From Gordius albopunctatus (Eukaryota): DNA of 64,000 bases. Made by a program: the position numbers and the translations under genes. Below are positions 52,308-64,000 of this stretch, in pieces; positions within the stretch are counted from its first letter, which is position 1, and every line of letters begins with the position of its first letter. Under the pieces are notes generated by a model that searched no databases, had not been told where the DNA came from, and saw only the letters and a program-made list of their open reading frames with translations. The DNA lies in assembly GCA_964276515.1 (NCBI GenBank), contig OZ193910.1:4464001-4528000 (forward strand). The letters are read 5' to 3'.

Positions 52308-53849
52308 TTATTTGTGAATTTTATTGAAATGATTAAAATATGATTATATATACTATGATGTTCATTAAATTTAAAATAAAAAGAATTTCAAAATGATTTG
52401 TTTTAGACTTTCTTATTCTTATGGTGCAAATGATTTATAAGAACCTTTTTATTACTTATGTTATCATTTAAGAAGATTTTGACCCTCTTAATTTATATTT
52501 TTGTTTCTGGAAAATTGTCTAAAATTTTTTACCATAAGCTTATGTTTAACATTAGTTCTATAACTTTTAAAATCACACAACTTTTAGCGGTTAAATATGG
52601 GAGGGGGTTAATTAAAAGTTCTTATGTCAGATATATTGAATCTCTAATATATTTAGATAATTTTGCATTGTTTATGACAATTTGACTGGACTGTAAAGTA
52701 AACTGTCTGTTATTAATAATGTCTCCAAAAATACATAAAGAGTTGTGCAAAATTATTTCACTTGTTTGATTTGGAACATTGGATTCAATGCCTGTGTTGC
52801 GACAATTCAGGAATACATTTTGCAAATAGGTGCTTAGAATACAGCCATGCAATGGTATGGCACCTTTTAGACCAATATGAATTTACAGAATTTGTTAAGT
52901 GCTTTAATTAGATGATAATAAAATATACAAACTATAATAAAGTAGAATTAAAATCAACTTGCAATTATTTAATCATCAATTTTGATTATAAATATAATAA
53001 ATCAATCTTTTATATTAAACCTATTTATCTTAAGGGTTAAAATAAATAGGAATAATATAACAATTAATATTAGTATTTAATTTTGAACTAAGAACATGGT
53101 AGACTTATTTAACTTTCTTAGAAGCTAGTAGTGTTGTGAAAAACTAAGGTTTTCATTGGTCGCTTGCACGCGTTCGCCTGTATTTTTAGACACAGCCTTT
53201 TAAATGTTAGGTGAAATTCCTTGAGAGAGCTTTTAAGTTTGGCTTTTTTGTAAAAAACAACCAAAACGTTTTGGTTGAATATTTTAAGCGACCTTTGGCC
53301 TTTAAAAAACACCCAAAGGGTTTTGGGTGAATAATTTTATTAATGTTTTAGTTTGGGTTTGGTACACGGAACGGAACTAATTATATATCATTCTCATTAA
53401 ACCATGAGCCATAATTAAATATCTTTTATTAATATTGAATAACTTAAACCAATCATTTTTAGGTCCTGAACTTAAATATGAACTAAAGTACATAAATGAA
53501 TTAGTTCAAACCAAAATGATATTTTTCAAAGTGAGTTTAAAATCCAAATTTTTTAATAAAACCTTTTTATGTCAAAACGCTAGTTTATTCAATTTTATTA
53601 CAAAAAGATACACCTACAACATTTTAAAATTAATATCTGGATATAAACCCCTTATTTAAATATAAAAATTTTGCCATTTATTTATTAAAAAAAATAAACT
53701 GGTATTAGATATTTTATTAATTAAAACATTTTTTATCATTTAATTAAAATTCTATCGCCACAACATGTATTCAAATGAGTGTACCTAAGGTGAGGCAGAA
53801 AGAAGCGGCTTCCCCATAAATCCATAAATTCTTTAAACCTGTTATTGAT

Positions 53850-54908
53850 ATAACCCGGCGCAATTGGAGCAAACCCGTCAACGATGCAATTATTCGTGGG
53901 CTATTTTATCCAAAGTAAAACGTATTATCCGTTGAAAATTATGTACTATACTGGCAAAATCGGTTAGTGGTTCCAGAAATGTTACAGCAAGCTGTGCTCG
54001 GTATTCTGCACATAGGACATCCAGGGATATCGGGCATGACTGACCTAGCAAAGTTTATTTTTGGTGGCCAAATATTAACGATGATATTGAAGACTTTGTT
54101 CAGAGGTGTCAAGCTGCCATCAAACTCGACCTAATAGGCCAGGATCTCTCTTATACTTATGGCCTACTACGGATTCTTAGTAGTTGCATATTCGAAATGG
54201 CCAGAAGTAAAAATTCTAAATATTTCTATATTCAGGTGGAATTATCAAGGCGTTGCGGGAATGGTTTGTACGGTTAGGAGTGCCTAGGGTCATAGTCGCG
54301 GATAATGGGGGTCAATTTGCTAGACAATAAATTCAATTTTCAAAAGAGCAAACGGAATTAAACACGTTTGACATCTCAATTTCACCCAAAATCTAATGGG
54401 TTATGTGAAAGATTCATTAAGACTTTGAAAAGGCGGTTTTACACTACTTTGAAGAGGAATCCAGATGAAGAAATGTAGATTTCTCAAGTCTCGATGACTT
54501 ATAGACTGACTCCCCATAATACTACCAGCGTTGCTCCTAGTGAATTAGTGTTCAAAAGAATAAAAATCTTTTCTTTGAACCAGCTACATCGATCAAGTAG
54601 AGAGATTACAATAGATAATATGTGGAAGCACAAATATTATCAGGATAGGAAGGGTTTTTACCGTACCTTTGAGGAAGGAGATAAAGTGTGGGTAAAAAAT
54701 GAAATTGAAAAAGGTTGCCACGCCGCAGTGGTTAATCGCAAAAAGAATGATTTGTCCTACGACGTCTGGGCCGAACGGCGATTAAAGCCTTAGAGGGGAC
54801 TATTGTAATAAGCGTTCCTTGTGTATATATTTCGTAATTATGATTCTATTTTTCTTAATATATAATTTTTTTTTCTGTTTGTATTCCCGTATCTTATTAA
54901 ATATTACA
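53850..54908 (+). mobile_element. Ty3/Gypsy LTR retrotransposon remnant: integrase, PPT, short 3' LTR
   Basis: RLVVP..LHIGHPGISGM..WWPNINDDIE..C (HHCC region); GVPRVIVADNG; FHPKSNGLCERFIKTLK; YRLTPHNTT..PSEL. Purine tract agagggga at ~54792. LTR 54804-54908 with TGTAATA / TATTACA ends. Confidence 0.85.
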
Positions 54909-55156
54909 CAATGTGTTTAATAGTTTTATCAAAACTTTCTAAATGATTTTGACCTCGGCAGCTTTGCTTTGATAATAAATGCTATTTTATGCCAATTGCA
55001 TGACCACATCTAAATCTATCTTATATTTTAATTTTAACTACAAACTTAAACCTAACTATACTTTAGAAATAATATATACGCCAAAATCATGAAACTTGGG
55101 CATTAGGCTGTTAGGCTAGTTGTAAAGTGATCAATTGTCATCAATTTTTTTCTACC

Positions 55157-56234
55157 ATGCAAAAGATCATCAAAAGCGGGGATTTTAAAATTCAAACTAA
55201 AATTACATCGTTTACACCAAATAAAAAACGTAAATTTTGCGAAATTAGCGAAACAACAGGTTTGTTTTTTCTCTGTGACGCTAATAGTTATAGCAGAAGA
55301 AAATGCCATTTTATCTAATATAAATATTACAAATGAACTCGGCATTAAAAATACATGGTTTGAAGCCTTAAAGAATCAATTTACTAAACCCTACTTCCTT
55401 CAAGTAATTTTTAGGTAATTGAGTATATATGATAACATCTTAGCTTCGGGAATACATTAATGAGGAGAGAAATGTACGTGTAATATATCCTTTAAAAGAA
55501 AATGTTTTCGAATGGGCAAAAATATTTGATGTGGACCAGGTATTTATTACAAGAGAGTGTCAAGTATGTTTAGACACGAGTTGTAATATTAGGTCAGGAC
55601 CCCTACCATAACCCAAAACAAGCTCATGGTATTTATTTAACTTAAAATCTATAGCAATATTTAGGGTTATGTTTTAGTGTTCCACCCCATATTTCACCAC
55701 CTCCCAGGTTTTTTATTGTAAACTTAATCCAAAACTCATTATTTAGCCTTATAAATATTTATAAAGAATTAGCAAAGGATATAGAAGGCTTTGTTATCCC
55801 AAAACATGGATATTTAAAGGGATGGGCAACACAAGGTAATAACTCCTAATGTTTATTCATAATTTAGGTGTTTTATTATTAAATTCTGTATTAACTGTCA
55901 GAGAAAATGAAGCAAATTCTCATAGGGATAAAGGATGGGAACTTTTCACAGATGCAGTTATAAATTATATAAATACACATTTGGAAAATGTTGTTTTTTT
56001 ATTATGGGGTGCATATGCTCAAAAGAAATGTGAGAAGATCAATAAAGTAACATATACTTAAATTATATTATAGATTTTTAGAATAAGCATTTAATTTTAA
56101 AAGCACCTCATCCATCACCATTATCAGCTTCAAAAGGATTTTTTGGCTGCAAACATTTTTCCCAAACAAATGCTTACCTAAAACAAAATGATCTCCAAAT
56201 AATTGATTGGTCATATCTTCCAACAAATATATAG
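55157..56234 (+). CDS. UNG: Uracil-DNA glycosylase (family 1), 8 exons
   Basis: Exons 55157-55259, 55294-55403, 55444-55539, 55574-55628, 55665-55707, 55747-55835, 55868-56046, 56082-56234. Motifs [60 protein letters not shown]. Confidence 0.96.
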
Positions 56235-57366
56235 TAGTATATGCAATTACTTATACCTTTGTAATATGTATATTGAATGGCCAAATTTATTCATTAAAAA
56301 ATTATCAAATTGTGTTGATTAATACAACTATTTAACCAAGAGTATATCCTTAAATTACATAAAATTTAACTTTAATTTGTAAATTCCGTTGTATAGAGGT
56401 TATTTGCAGCATTGTTAGTGGGGAATCTTGATATAACCACTTTTATCAAATGAAATTAATTTTATTAGCTAAAAATAATATATATGTATTATAATAAAAA
56501 AATAAGATTTCTCATATTCTTTGAGGGCCAAAGGCCATGTGTCAGAGGAATCATTGTAGCTGTATTTGCTATTTAAATACCAATGCATGATAAAACTTGG
56601 CTAAATTTGGCTTCAGATCTCTGTGTCACATTGTTAGTGTATTGCCTTCATAAGATCCATTTCATTTAAAATGCTAGTTTTTGTGTCTTTGTCTAGCTTT
56701 TTAAATAAACCTTACTCTGGTATTTGAGTTTTGTTTTATTCATATAAAAACCATTGAATGTAAATAAATGCTAATAGATAAGCCCAATTTTAGGTTAATA
56801 TAATAATTTGGCAATCACCATTAATTTCAAGGTACACAATTGAAATTTTAATATTGCTAAATACAATATACATATATTAATAATGTTAATTTTAAAAATA
56901 AACATCTAAAGTTTAAACAAAAATGATATATTATATAGCAGCTATAACACATGAAATCTCTTTTAAATGACTCAGAATCTATTATTTTAAGGGATTTCAT
57001 TATAGTAATCTAATTTAAATCGTGTAGAGGAGATTGGCGCTAGTTATATCAGGGGCTATTGTATCTTTTTTTATTAAATATAATAACCATAAAACAAAAA
57101 TATGATATGTATTAACATAATTTTGTTGGATTGATTATTTAAATTAAAAATCATTTTCAGTAAACTAACTGTAAAATCTAACCCATTTTCAATTTAGAGC
57201 ATCCATTAGTTCCATATTTAGGTTTTTTATATATTCTTGGTGTCCTGTAGACTTTTGAATTGCAATAACACAATTGGTGGTTCTACGCTTATTCAAAGCC
57301 TCACAACGTCTACAACAGACTAATTGATTATTCAAATTTTGTTTAAGTTATTTTTGTGATCACTAA

Positions 57367-57707
57367 GGGCTTGTCTTAATATCGGATTCAGATTTAAATC
57401 GCGCGAATTTATTTTTGTCTAAATATCCGATTAAATTTCTTGGGTCAAACTCGGTTGGAATCATTTATATTTTGTTTTTTGATAGTTAAAAACTTTTTTT
57501 TTGCTTATTTCAACTCTTGAGATTAAATCTAAACTTTGCTGATACCTAAAAATTGAAAAACATACAACATTTAAGGTTAGGAAAAATTTTGCATCTTACA
57601 AAATCGCTGTTATGTTATGCGTCTGAAACGTAAATCTGCTGTGAATTCGAAGTTAAGACGCGTCTATGTTATAATCCGTCAGCAAAATCCGATATTAAGA
57701 CAAGCCC
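57367..57707. mobile_element. PIF/Harbinger (Tourist-like) MITE
   Basis: Perfect TIR gggcttgtcttaatatcggatt with TAA on both sides. Confidence 0.88.
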
Positions 57708-57768
57708 TAAGAAGGGACCACACGCGCTGCCCTTACTTAATTAAAACGATCGGACTCGTGTGGTCAGC

Positions 57769-58621
57769 TAGAGGCCTGCACGGGTGACCCGAAACCCAAG
57801 GTCGAGTTGACCTCAGGTTGAAAATTTGGGTCGAGTCGTGTTAAAAATTATTATTAATCGTAGAGAAAGTTTTAAACAATAAGCTGGTTTAAATATTTTA
57901 AATATCTTTGAACCAAATACTTACTATCTCTTGAAATAATGCTTTCTTATGCAATATTTTACAATAAATCTAATATCTAAATGTACGCTTAATTAATTAA
58001 TATCTTTTTGTTTTGACGCCATTTTTAGATTTCTAACTTATATTTGACTTTAGAAATGTAAAATATAATGTTTTGTTTTTTTTTTCGCATGAAACGTGTT
58101 ACTTAATAAGAAATCTTTTCAATTTGTATAATTGCATAATTATATATTTCAAATGATATGATTTATTATTCGATATTAATAATTTTTGATACATGGAACC
58201 ATCTTTAACAATACCATTTTAATTTAATTGAGCATTATTTTCTTATGCAAATTTAAATGTAAATGAATTATCTATAATACCTTTAATTCTGATTTAGGAT
58301 GGAAGGGGGAATTTACGAACTACAGTTGTAGATGCCACATGAATATAATAAATCGTTCGACTAAATTTAGAATTCAGAAGATGTAGCATCAATTAGTCTC
58401 TTGAATATGACGCTTTAATTTGTCAATTTAATTACATATACCAAAATTTTTTCCTCGGGTCAGGTCGGGTCAAAAAATTTCCTGTCCGATTCGGGTTCAA
58501 AATCTTAAAATGCTTTCAGATTCGGGTTATACATTTTAAAACGCTTTAGGGTTGGGTTCGGGCTGAAAATATAAAACGCTTTCTGGTTCAGGTTGATTAA
58601 AAGTGACTTTGCAGGCCTCTA
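57769..58621. mobile_element. Non-autonomous hAT-type element, reverse-orientation relative of 4197-5194
   Basis: TIR tagaggcctgca / tgcaggcctcta; tcgggt subterminal arrays; TSD not evident. Confidence 0.8.
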
Positions 58622-59794
58622 GTCCCATCACCAAAAATAAGTATAAGGGTCTTCGTCCTAAACGTTTTTCCAATGTATTATTTAAAGCATTTGTTTTATG
58701 ACTTTTAATATAAATACCCTTAAAATCACCTCGTCAAAAAATTTCTATATATGCATGCATGCTGTCATTTAAAAACTTTTTAATCTCAAAATTACTTCTT
58801 GTTTTTTTACATATCATATATTGGCGGGCGGACTACTGAGTTTGTGGCAAAGATCGGAATAAGATATCTTAACCTATCTCAATTCATCTCTTAAAACTAT
58901 GGTCAGGCGTAAGATCATGTGTATAGTATAGGTAAAGGGGGAGGAAAAAGCCGATGCCTCATCCTGCCTAACCTTAATTTTTGAAAATTGAACGAATTCA
59001 CGATTAAATCTCTTAATAATTATCATTTTTTTAAAATTATTTTTGATCTTGTTTAAATCCTGGTTACACCCAAAGAAGTGAGTGTTTTGTTAAGTGGCTA
59101 AGTAAAAAAGGGCGATGGAGGCATAGACCAAAAAACCACAGACTGCCGAACAGCTGAATTTTCATATTAAAATCATTCAGACACTATTATAGCTGCCATT
59201 TTGAACGATAAACTCAATTACAGGTATTGATTTATATGCTACATTCTACTATTTATTATTTTTTGCATAAACATTTTTTATAATATATATGTTTAAGAAA
59301 ATTGACAGGAAATATGTTGTTTTGTATAATTTACAACATTAAGGGCTGAAGGCAGCAAATAAGCTGACTAAGGGTGCGTCTTAATACGCGATTTTGAATC
59401 AAGATTAAAAAAGCGAATGCATGTTAAAACATAGCCGCGTCTTAATACGAGCGTCATGTCATTTTTTTCTGTTTTTGTGTTTTTGCTCATAAAACAAATA
59501 TTTATCCTTTAATTACGCTTATTAATGGATTTTCATATGGTAACTAAACTAAAATTGTTGATTCCACGACATGTATATCGCATATTAAGGCAAACAAAAA
59601 TATGGCGCTTAAATTATGTTTGATATTTTAATCAAAAGATTAAGGTTAAATATGTATTTATCATTTACTAAAACCACAGATAAAGGTAAAATTAGCAACA
59701 CAACTATTATCTGAATCGGTTGCCAAGTCTATATAATTGGCAAGTGCAATAGACCCTTTCTCGTTGAGGAATTGTGATGCAACTATTGAATTTC

Positions 59795-61270
59795 TAGTGT
59801 TTCGATCTCGTCTCTGTCTCGAAAGCAAAATCTTGTCTCATCTCAGGTGCGATTATTCTAATCTCGATCTCGCCTCAAATTTTAAAAATAATTATTCCAT
59901 ATATATTTTTTGGCTCGTATAATTTATTATATAAGATATAAATTGTTCATAATGGAACCAAATTTTGATCTTAAACCCCATAACAGAGATAAATGAGTAA
60001 CTTAAGGTAGCAAGCATTAATATAGGTGTTATATAATACTTGACTCGAAGGCATAATAGTGCTAATTAATAAATTTTATTTCCTGTCTAAGGCTCAATAA
60101 AAGGATAAAGTTTAACACAAAAAATTATTTGCTAAGTATTTTATTTATATTGCTAAGTATTTTTAGCGTCATTGCTAAGTATTTTATTCATTTGCAAGTA
60201 TTTAATTCGTTTGCTATGTTTTTAAATTAATGCTAAGTTTTTAAGTTAAATGCTAAGTATTTTATTCATTTGCTAAGTATTTTAATAAATTTTGCTAAGT
60301 ATTTTAATAAATTTTGCTAAGTATTTTATATATTTGCTAAGTATTTAAATTATTGCTAAGTATTTAAATAAATTGTGCCAAGTATTTTAATTATTTGCTA
60401 AGTATTTAAATAAATTATGCTAAGTATTTAATTATATGCTAGGTTTATAAATATATTATGCTAAGTATTCAAAAGATTTTATACATTTTAAAACAAATTA
60501 AGCTGTCTGTTTTTATATAACATGTAATATGACATTGTGAATGTGATCGAACAATAACTGGCGTTCTTTGGCGCCAAGATCACACACGAATTTGACATAC
60601 ATTCATTTAATTGCTTAATTATGGAAGTCCAACAAAACTCACTTTATTTATCAGACGAAGGGAAGAAGCAGGAAGCTCAGGAGTTGAAATTCATAGCAGT
60701 CAGTTGTACAGATATCTTTTTATTCAAATATAAAATAAATTATTCCCCCCCCCCCTTTATTTTTTACCCTCTTCCTCACCAGGGAGGGGGTGATTTGCCA
60801 CCATTATATTTAACAAAATATTAACTTAATCTCTCAACCAACAACCATGGCAACTTTAATCTGCCGTGCTAATAACCGGGTTATTAAGCAGCATGTGCTT
60901 GTTGTGCTGATGGTAATGGTAGGAGATATGTGCCTATTACCAAGTTTAGCACAATACAAGCACAACCAATTCGAGAATATTAACAACACTAATTATAAAT
61001 GTGAAATTTGCGCGAAGCGGATAATTAGGTGCGTAAGTAATATAATATCAAAATTATATTAGTTTGCATTTAATATCCTAAATGTAAATCTCATAAAATA
61101 AAAATTCATAATTAGCTAAATTAAGTCTCGATAATTAAAAACATAAATTAAAGCCGAGATCTCGTTGACAAAATCTCGTCTCGTCTCGAGGTAAAAGTTC
61201 TATTCTCGATCTCGACTCAATCTTTCAAATTCTCGAGTCCGAGATTTTTCTCGCTTTTTCCGCATCAAAT
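59795..61270. mobile_element. Diverged relative of the 33826-35730 non-autonomous hAT element
   Basis: Left end tagtgtttcgatctcgtctc.. and right end ..gagatttttctcgctttttccgcatca match that family; the interior differs. Confidence 0.75.
60130..60470 (+). repeat. Minisatellite, ~16 units of 19-22 bp with core tgctaagtatt
   Basis: Directly visible tandem units. Confidence 0.9.
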
Positions 61271-61780
61271 TTCCTCATGAATTTCTAATTTTAATGCAAT
61301 CTCCTAATTTATATTTTAACACTGGCTTATCTCTAACACCTTTTACTAATATAGATACACCTTAAAATGTTTCCTACATAATATTCTACGAGGAATGTAT
61401 ATTAACATTAGGTTTTTCATATCAACCAAAAGGTAATATATATCGTGCAATCTAGAAATGATTTATACATTGACTTTGATACATGGCAAGGTTTTCCTCT
61501 TTTAATTAATAAAATGACAGATTTAGACAGGGACTTTCATCTTCTGGGAATTTGTCTGTATACCAACAAGAAAAAATAAAAAGGAAAAATAATATACGTT
61601 AGGTAATGAAAATTAAGAATACAGTCAATCAGTGAAATTTTTAAAAGAATATTTAATTATATAAAATAATTAAGAAAAATATAGAAATAGCGCCATCTAT
61701 AGTAAATTTTATATATTTCATTTGAAGTCACAATTTCACATAAAACTTACAAGTAAAATCATATGAATTTATTATCAATC

Positions 61781-63601
61781 CAGTGGCGTAAATACGGGGG
61801 GGGGGGAACGGGAAATTCCCCACGGAAAAATTCCCCCCCCCCCCCCCTAAAAAATTATTTTAGATCTAATGTTTATATTTTATAGTTGTGCAACGTAACT
61901 TACCAAGTAAGACACTGGGGCGCTTGATTTAGATGTGCATGATAATAATGATGGCAATTTTAGGGCCATTTTAAGGTACCGTGCTAAAGGTGACCCACTA
62001 CTTTTTGATTATTTGAAAAATCCCCCTAAAAATGCCCTCTACTTAAGTCCTCACTTTCAAAATGAGGTTATATCGATTTGTAATGACCTAATTGTTAAAA
62101 AAATAGTCAATAAAATAAACAAATCTCCCTTCTTCACAATTCTTTGTGATGAATCTACTGATATATCAGGGATGCAACAAATGTCCCTGTGTGCTCGATA
62201 TATTGACTCTTCTACATTAACAATAAAAGAAGATTTTTTACAGTTTGTGCCAGTTTGTGATACGACTGGAAGAGGGCTAGGCGACTTAATTATAAAGAGC
62301 ATAAAAGATCTTAATATAAATATAAATTTTTTAAGAGGTCAGGGATATGATGGGGCCAGAAATATGATTGGAAAATTCAACGGCGTCCAGGCCTATATTT
62401 TGAAACCATACCCAACGGCATTGTATGTACATTGTGCTTCCCATTCATTAAATTTGGCACTTTCAGATGCCTGTACCCTTCCTACTATACGGAATTGCAT
62501 GGGTATTGTTTCCAAAGTATATGATCTGTTTAAATATTTTGAACGTCATGAAGTTTTAATTGAAATGTTGTCAGAAATGGAAGATAAACCAAATAAGGAG
62601 AAATTGAAGCAAGTTTGTGTCACCCGTTGGGCATCACGACATGAAGCTGTTTCCACACACATTTTGCTTCAAGATGCCATATATCCAGCGTTGGAAAAGA
62701 TATCTACATGGTATGATCACGATGTTGTAACAGAAGCTGCAACTTTGCTCACTGCATTACGACAAAGTGAATATATTATTTCCCTTCTATGCCTAAATAA
62801 ACTCTTTGGCTATACGTCCTTATTATGCAAGCAATTGCAAAAAAGGACCTAGATCTTCAGCAAGTCACACAGTTAGCAGAAGCTTTAGTAAATCAAATGA
62901 AATTAATAAGAAACAACGTTGATGAAGTGTTTCGGGAAATTTTTTTAGTAGCCGAAGCTAAGGCTAAGTTGTATGATTTTGACCTTAAGAAACCTCGATA
63001 TGCAAAGAAGCAAACTTGTCGAAGTAATATTTTAACTGAATCCATTGAGGATTATTACAAAATCACTATTTTTATACCTTTGCTCGATATGTTCACTCTA
63101 CAATTCAATGAACGGTTCGTGGACAAGAAACAAGTTTTGGCAAATTTCCAAATATTATTTCCTTCGAATTCTTTGATTGTTTCGCCAGAAACGCGGATGA
63201 AAATAAACTTTTTATGGGACTTTTATTCCAATGATCTTAAGGGGACAAACGAAGACCTTAAATCTAAATTTAATATATGGTATATGGCGTTGTCTCAGAC
63301 GTCAGAAGAATTTGGTCCAAAGAATCCTTTGGACGCCCTATCAGGTTATAAAATATTGGAATCTTTACCCAACATCACAACTCTTCTTTACCTGTTAGCT
63401 TGTCTTCCTATCACTATATGCACCAATGAAAGAAGTTTCTCAACATTGAGGAGGCTTAAAACGTATATAAGAAATACTATTTCGAAAAATAGATTAAATG
63501 GATTGGCCCTTTTAGCGATTCATCGGGAATTAGCTCCCACTCCAGATGAAGTTCTTGAGATATTTTCGCTGGGAAAAAGAAAATATAAAATTATTTTATA
63601 A
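61781..63601 (+). mobile_element. hAT transposon with ZMYM1/Tip100-like transposase (one frameshift, N-terminus missing)
   Basis: Left end cagtggcgta; GNFRAILRYR, YLSPHFQNE, ILCDESTD, RGQGYDGA, YVHCASHSLNL, TRWASRH; frameshift near 62840; ERSFSTLRRLKTYIRNT..RLNGLALLAIH. Confidence 0.92.
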
Positions 63602-63644
63602 TGATTTTCTTTATTTAATTTTAATGTTGAAAGGAAAATGCTAT

Positions 63645-64000
63645 AAAAAAAGGCCAATCCATTTAATCTATTTTTTGACATAGTATTTCTTATATAAAAG
63701 CTAATAGGTAAAGAAGAGTTGGACGAATTCCTTCTATAATTTATTTTCATTCGCGTTTCTGGCAAAACAGTCAAAGATTCAGAGGTAATATTATTTAAAA
63801 ATTTGCCAAAAGTTGTTTCTTAAGTTCAAAATCATACAACTTAGCCTTAGGTTCGACTACTAATACTAAAGTTTCTGCTAACTGTCTAACTTGCTGAAGA
63901 TCTGGAGGTGCTTTAAAGTTGCAGCTTCTGTTGCAACATCGTAATCATACCAGCTTGCTTCAATTTCTCCTTATTTGGTTTATCTTCCATTTCTGACAAC
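63645..64000 (-). mobile_element. Inverted, multiply deleted copy of the adjacent hAT transposase
   Basis: Consecutive short blocks are reverse complements of ~63464-63510, 63380-63400, 63125-63210, 62948-62987, 62850-62888, 62709-62746 and 62567-62613. Confidence 0.85.

Noticed and set aside
52622..52870. Minus-strand 76-aa ORF as a terminal exon of a host gene
   Set aside because: No recognisable domain and no upstream exons could be linked.
55089..55156. Upstream ATG giving a mitochondrial-targeted UNG isoform
   Set aside because: The nearby upstream ATG is closed within a few codons, and there is an in-frame TAG at 55112-55114.
56400..57330. Exon-like patches on the minus strand downstream of UNG
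   Set aside because: The frames tried contain stops, and no coherent protein could be assembled.
60130..60470. CRISPR-like repeat/spacer appearance
   Set aside because: Units are ~20 bp with short, mutually similar AT-rich linkers, the context is eukaryotic, and there are no cas genes; it is a minisatellite.
1..64000. tRNA, rRNA, snRNA or spliced-leader genes
   Set aside because: None recognised by eye; a tRNAscan-SE/Infernal search would be needed to exclude them.

Overview
AT-rich eukaryotic, probably invertebrate, DNA with many very short spliceosomal introns (32-45 nt) and dense, nested transposons. The organism cannot be identified from the sequence alone. Three conserved host genes are present: WDR43/UTP5-like (minus, runs off the left edge), a sphingolipid delta-4 desaturase (DEGS, minus) and uracil-DNA glycosylase (UNG, plus). 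Mobile DNA includes a near-intact RTE LINE with a 17-bp TSD, RTE fragments, CRE-like RLE non-LTR elements, a THAP/P element, hAT and PIF/Harbinger derivatives, a Gypsy remnant and many MITEs. Two features stand out. (1) Two decayed retroelements at 15.6-17.3 kb and 21.2-23.7 kb have RT/RNase H motifs resembling hepadnavirus polymerase (HEART-like); the second is preceded by a DIRS-like gag-type ORF, and neither shows a recombinase or integrase. (2) A ~9.5-kb tandem amplification (31.6-52.3 kb) carries two paralogous small secreted Cys-containing peptide genes built from symmetric phase-1 micro-exons, which the ORF track largely misses. All family assignments come from motif recognition by eye, not database searches.
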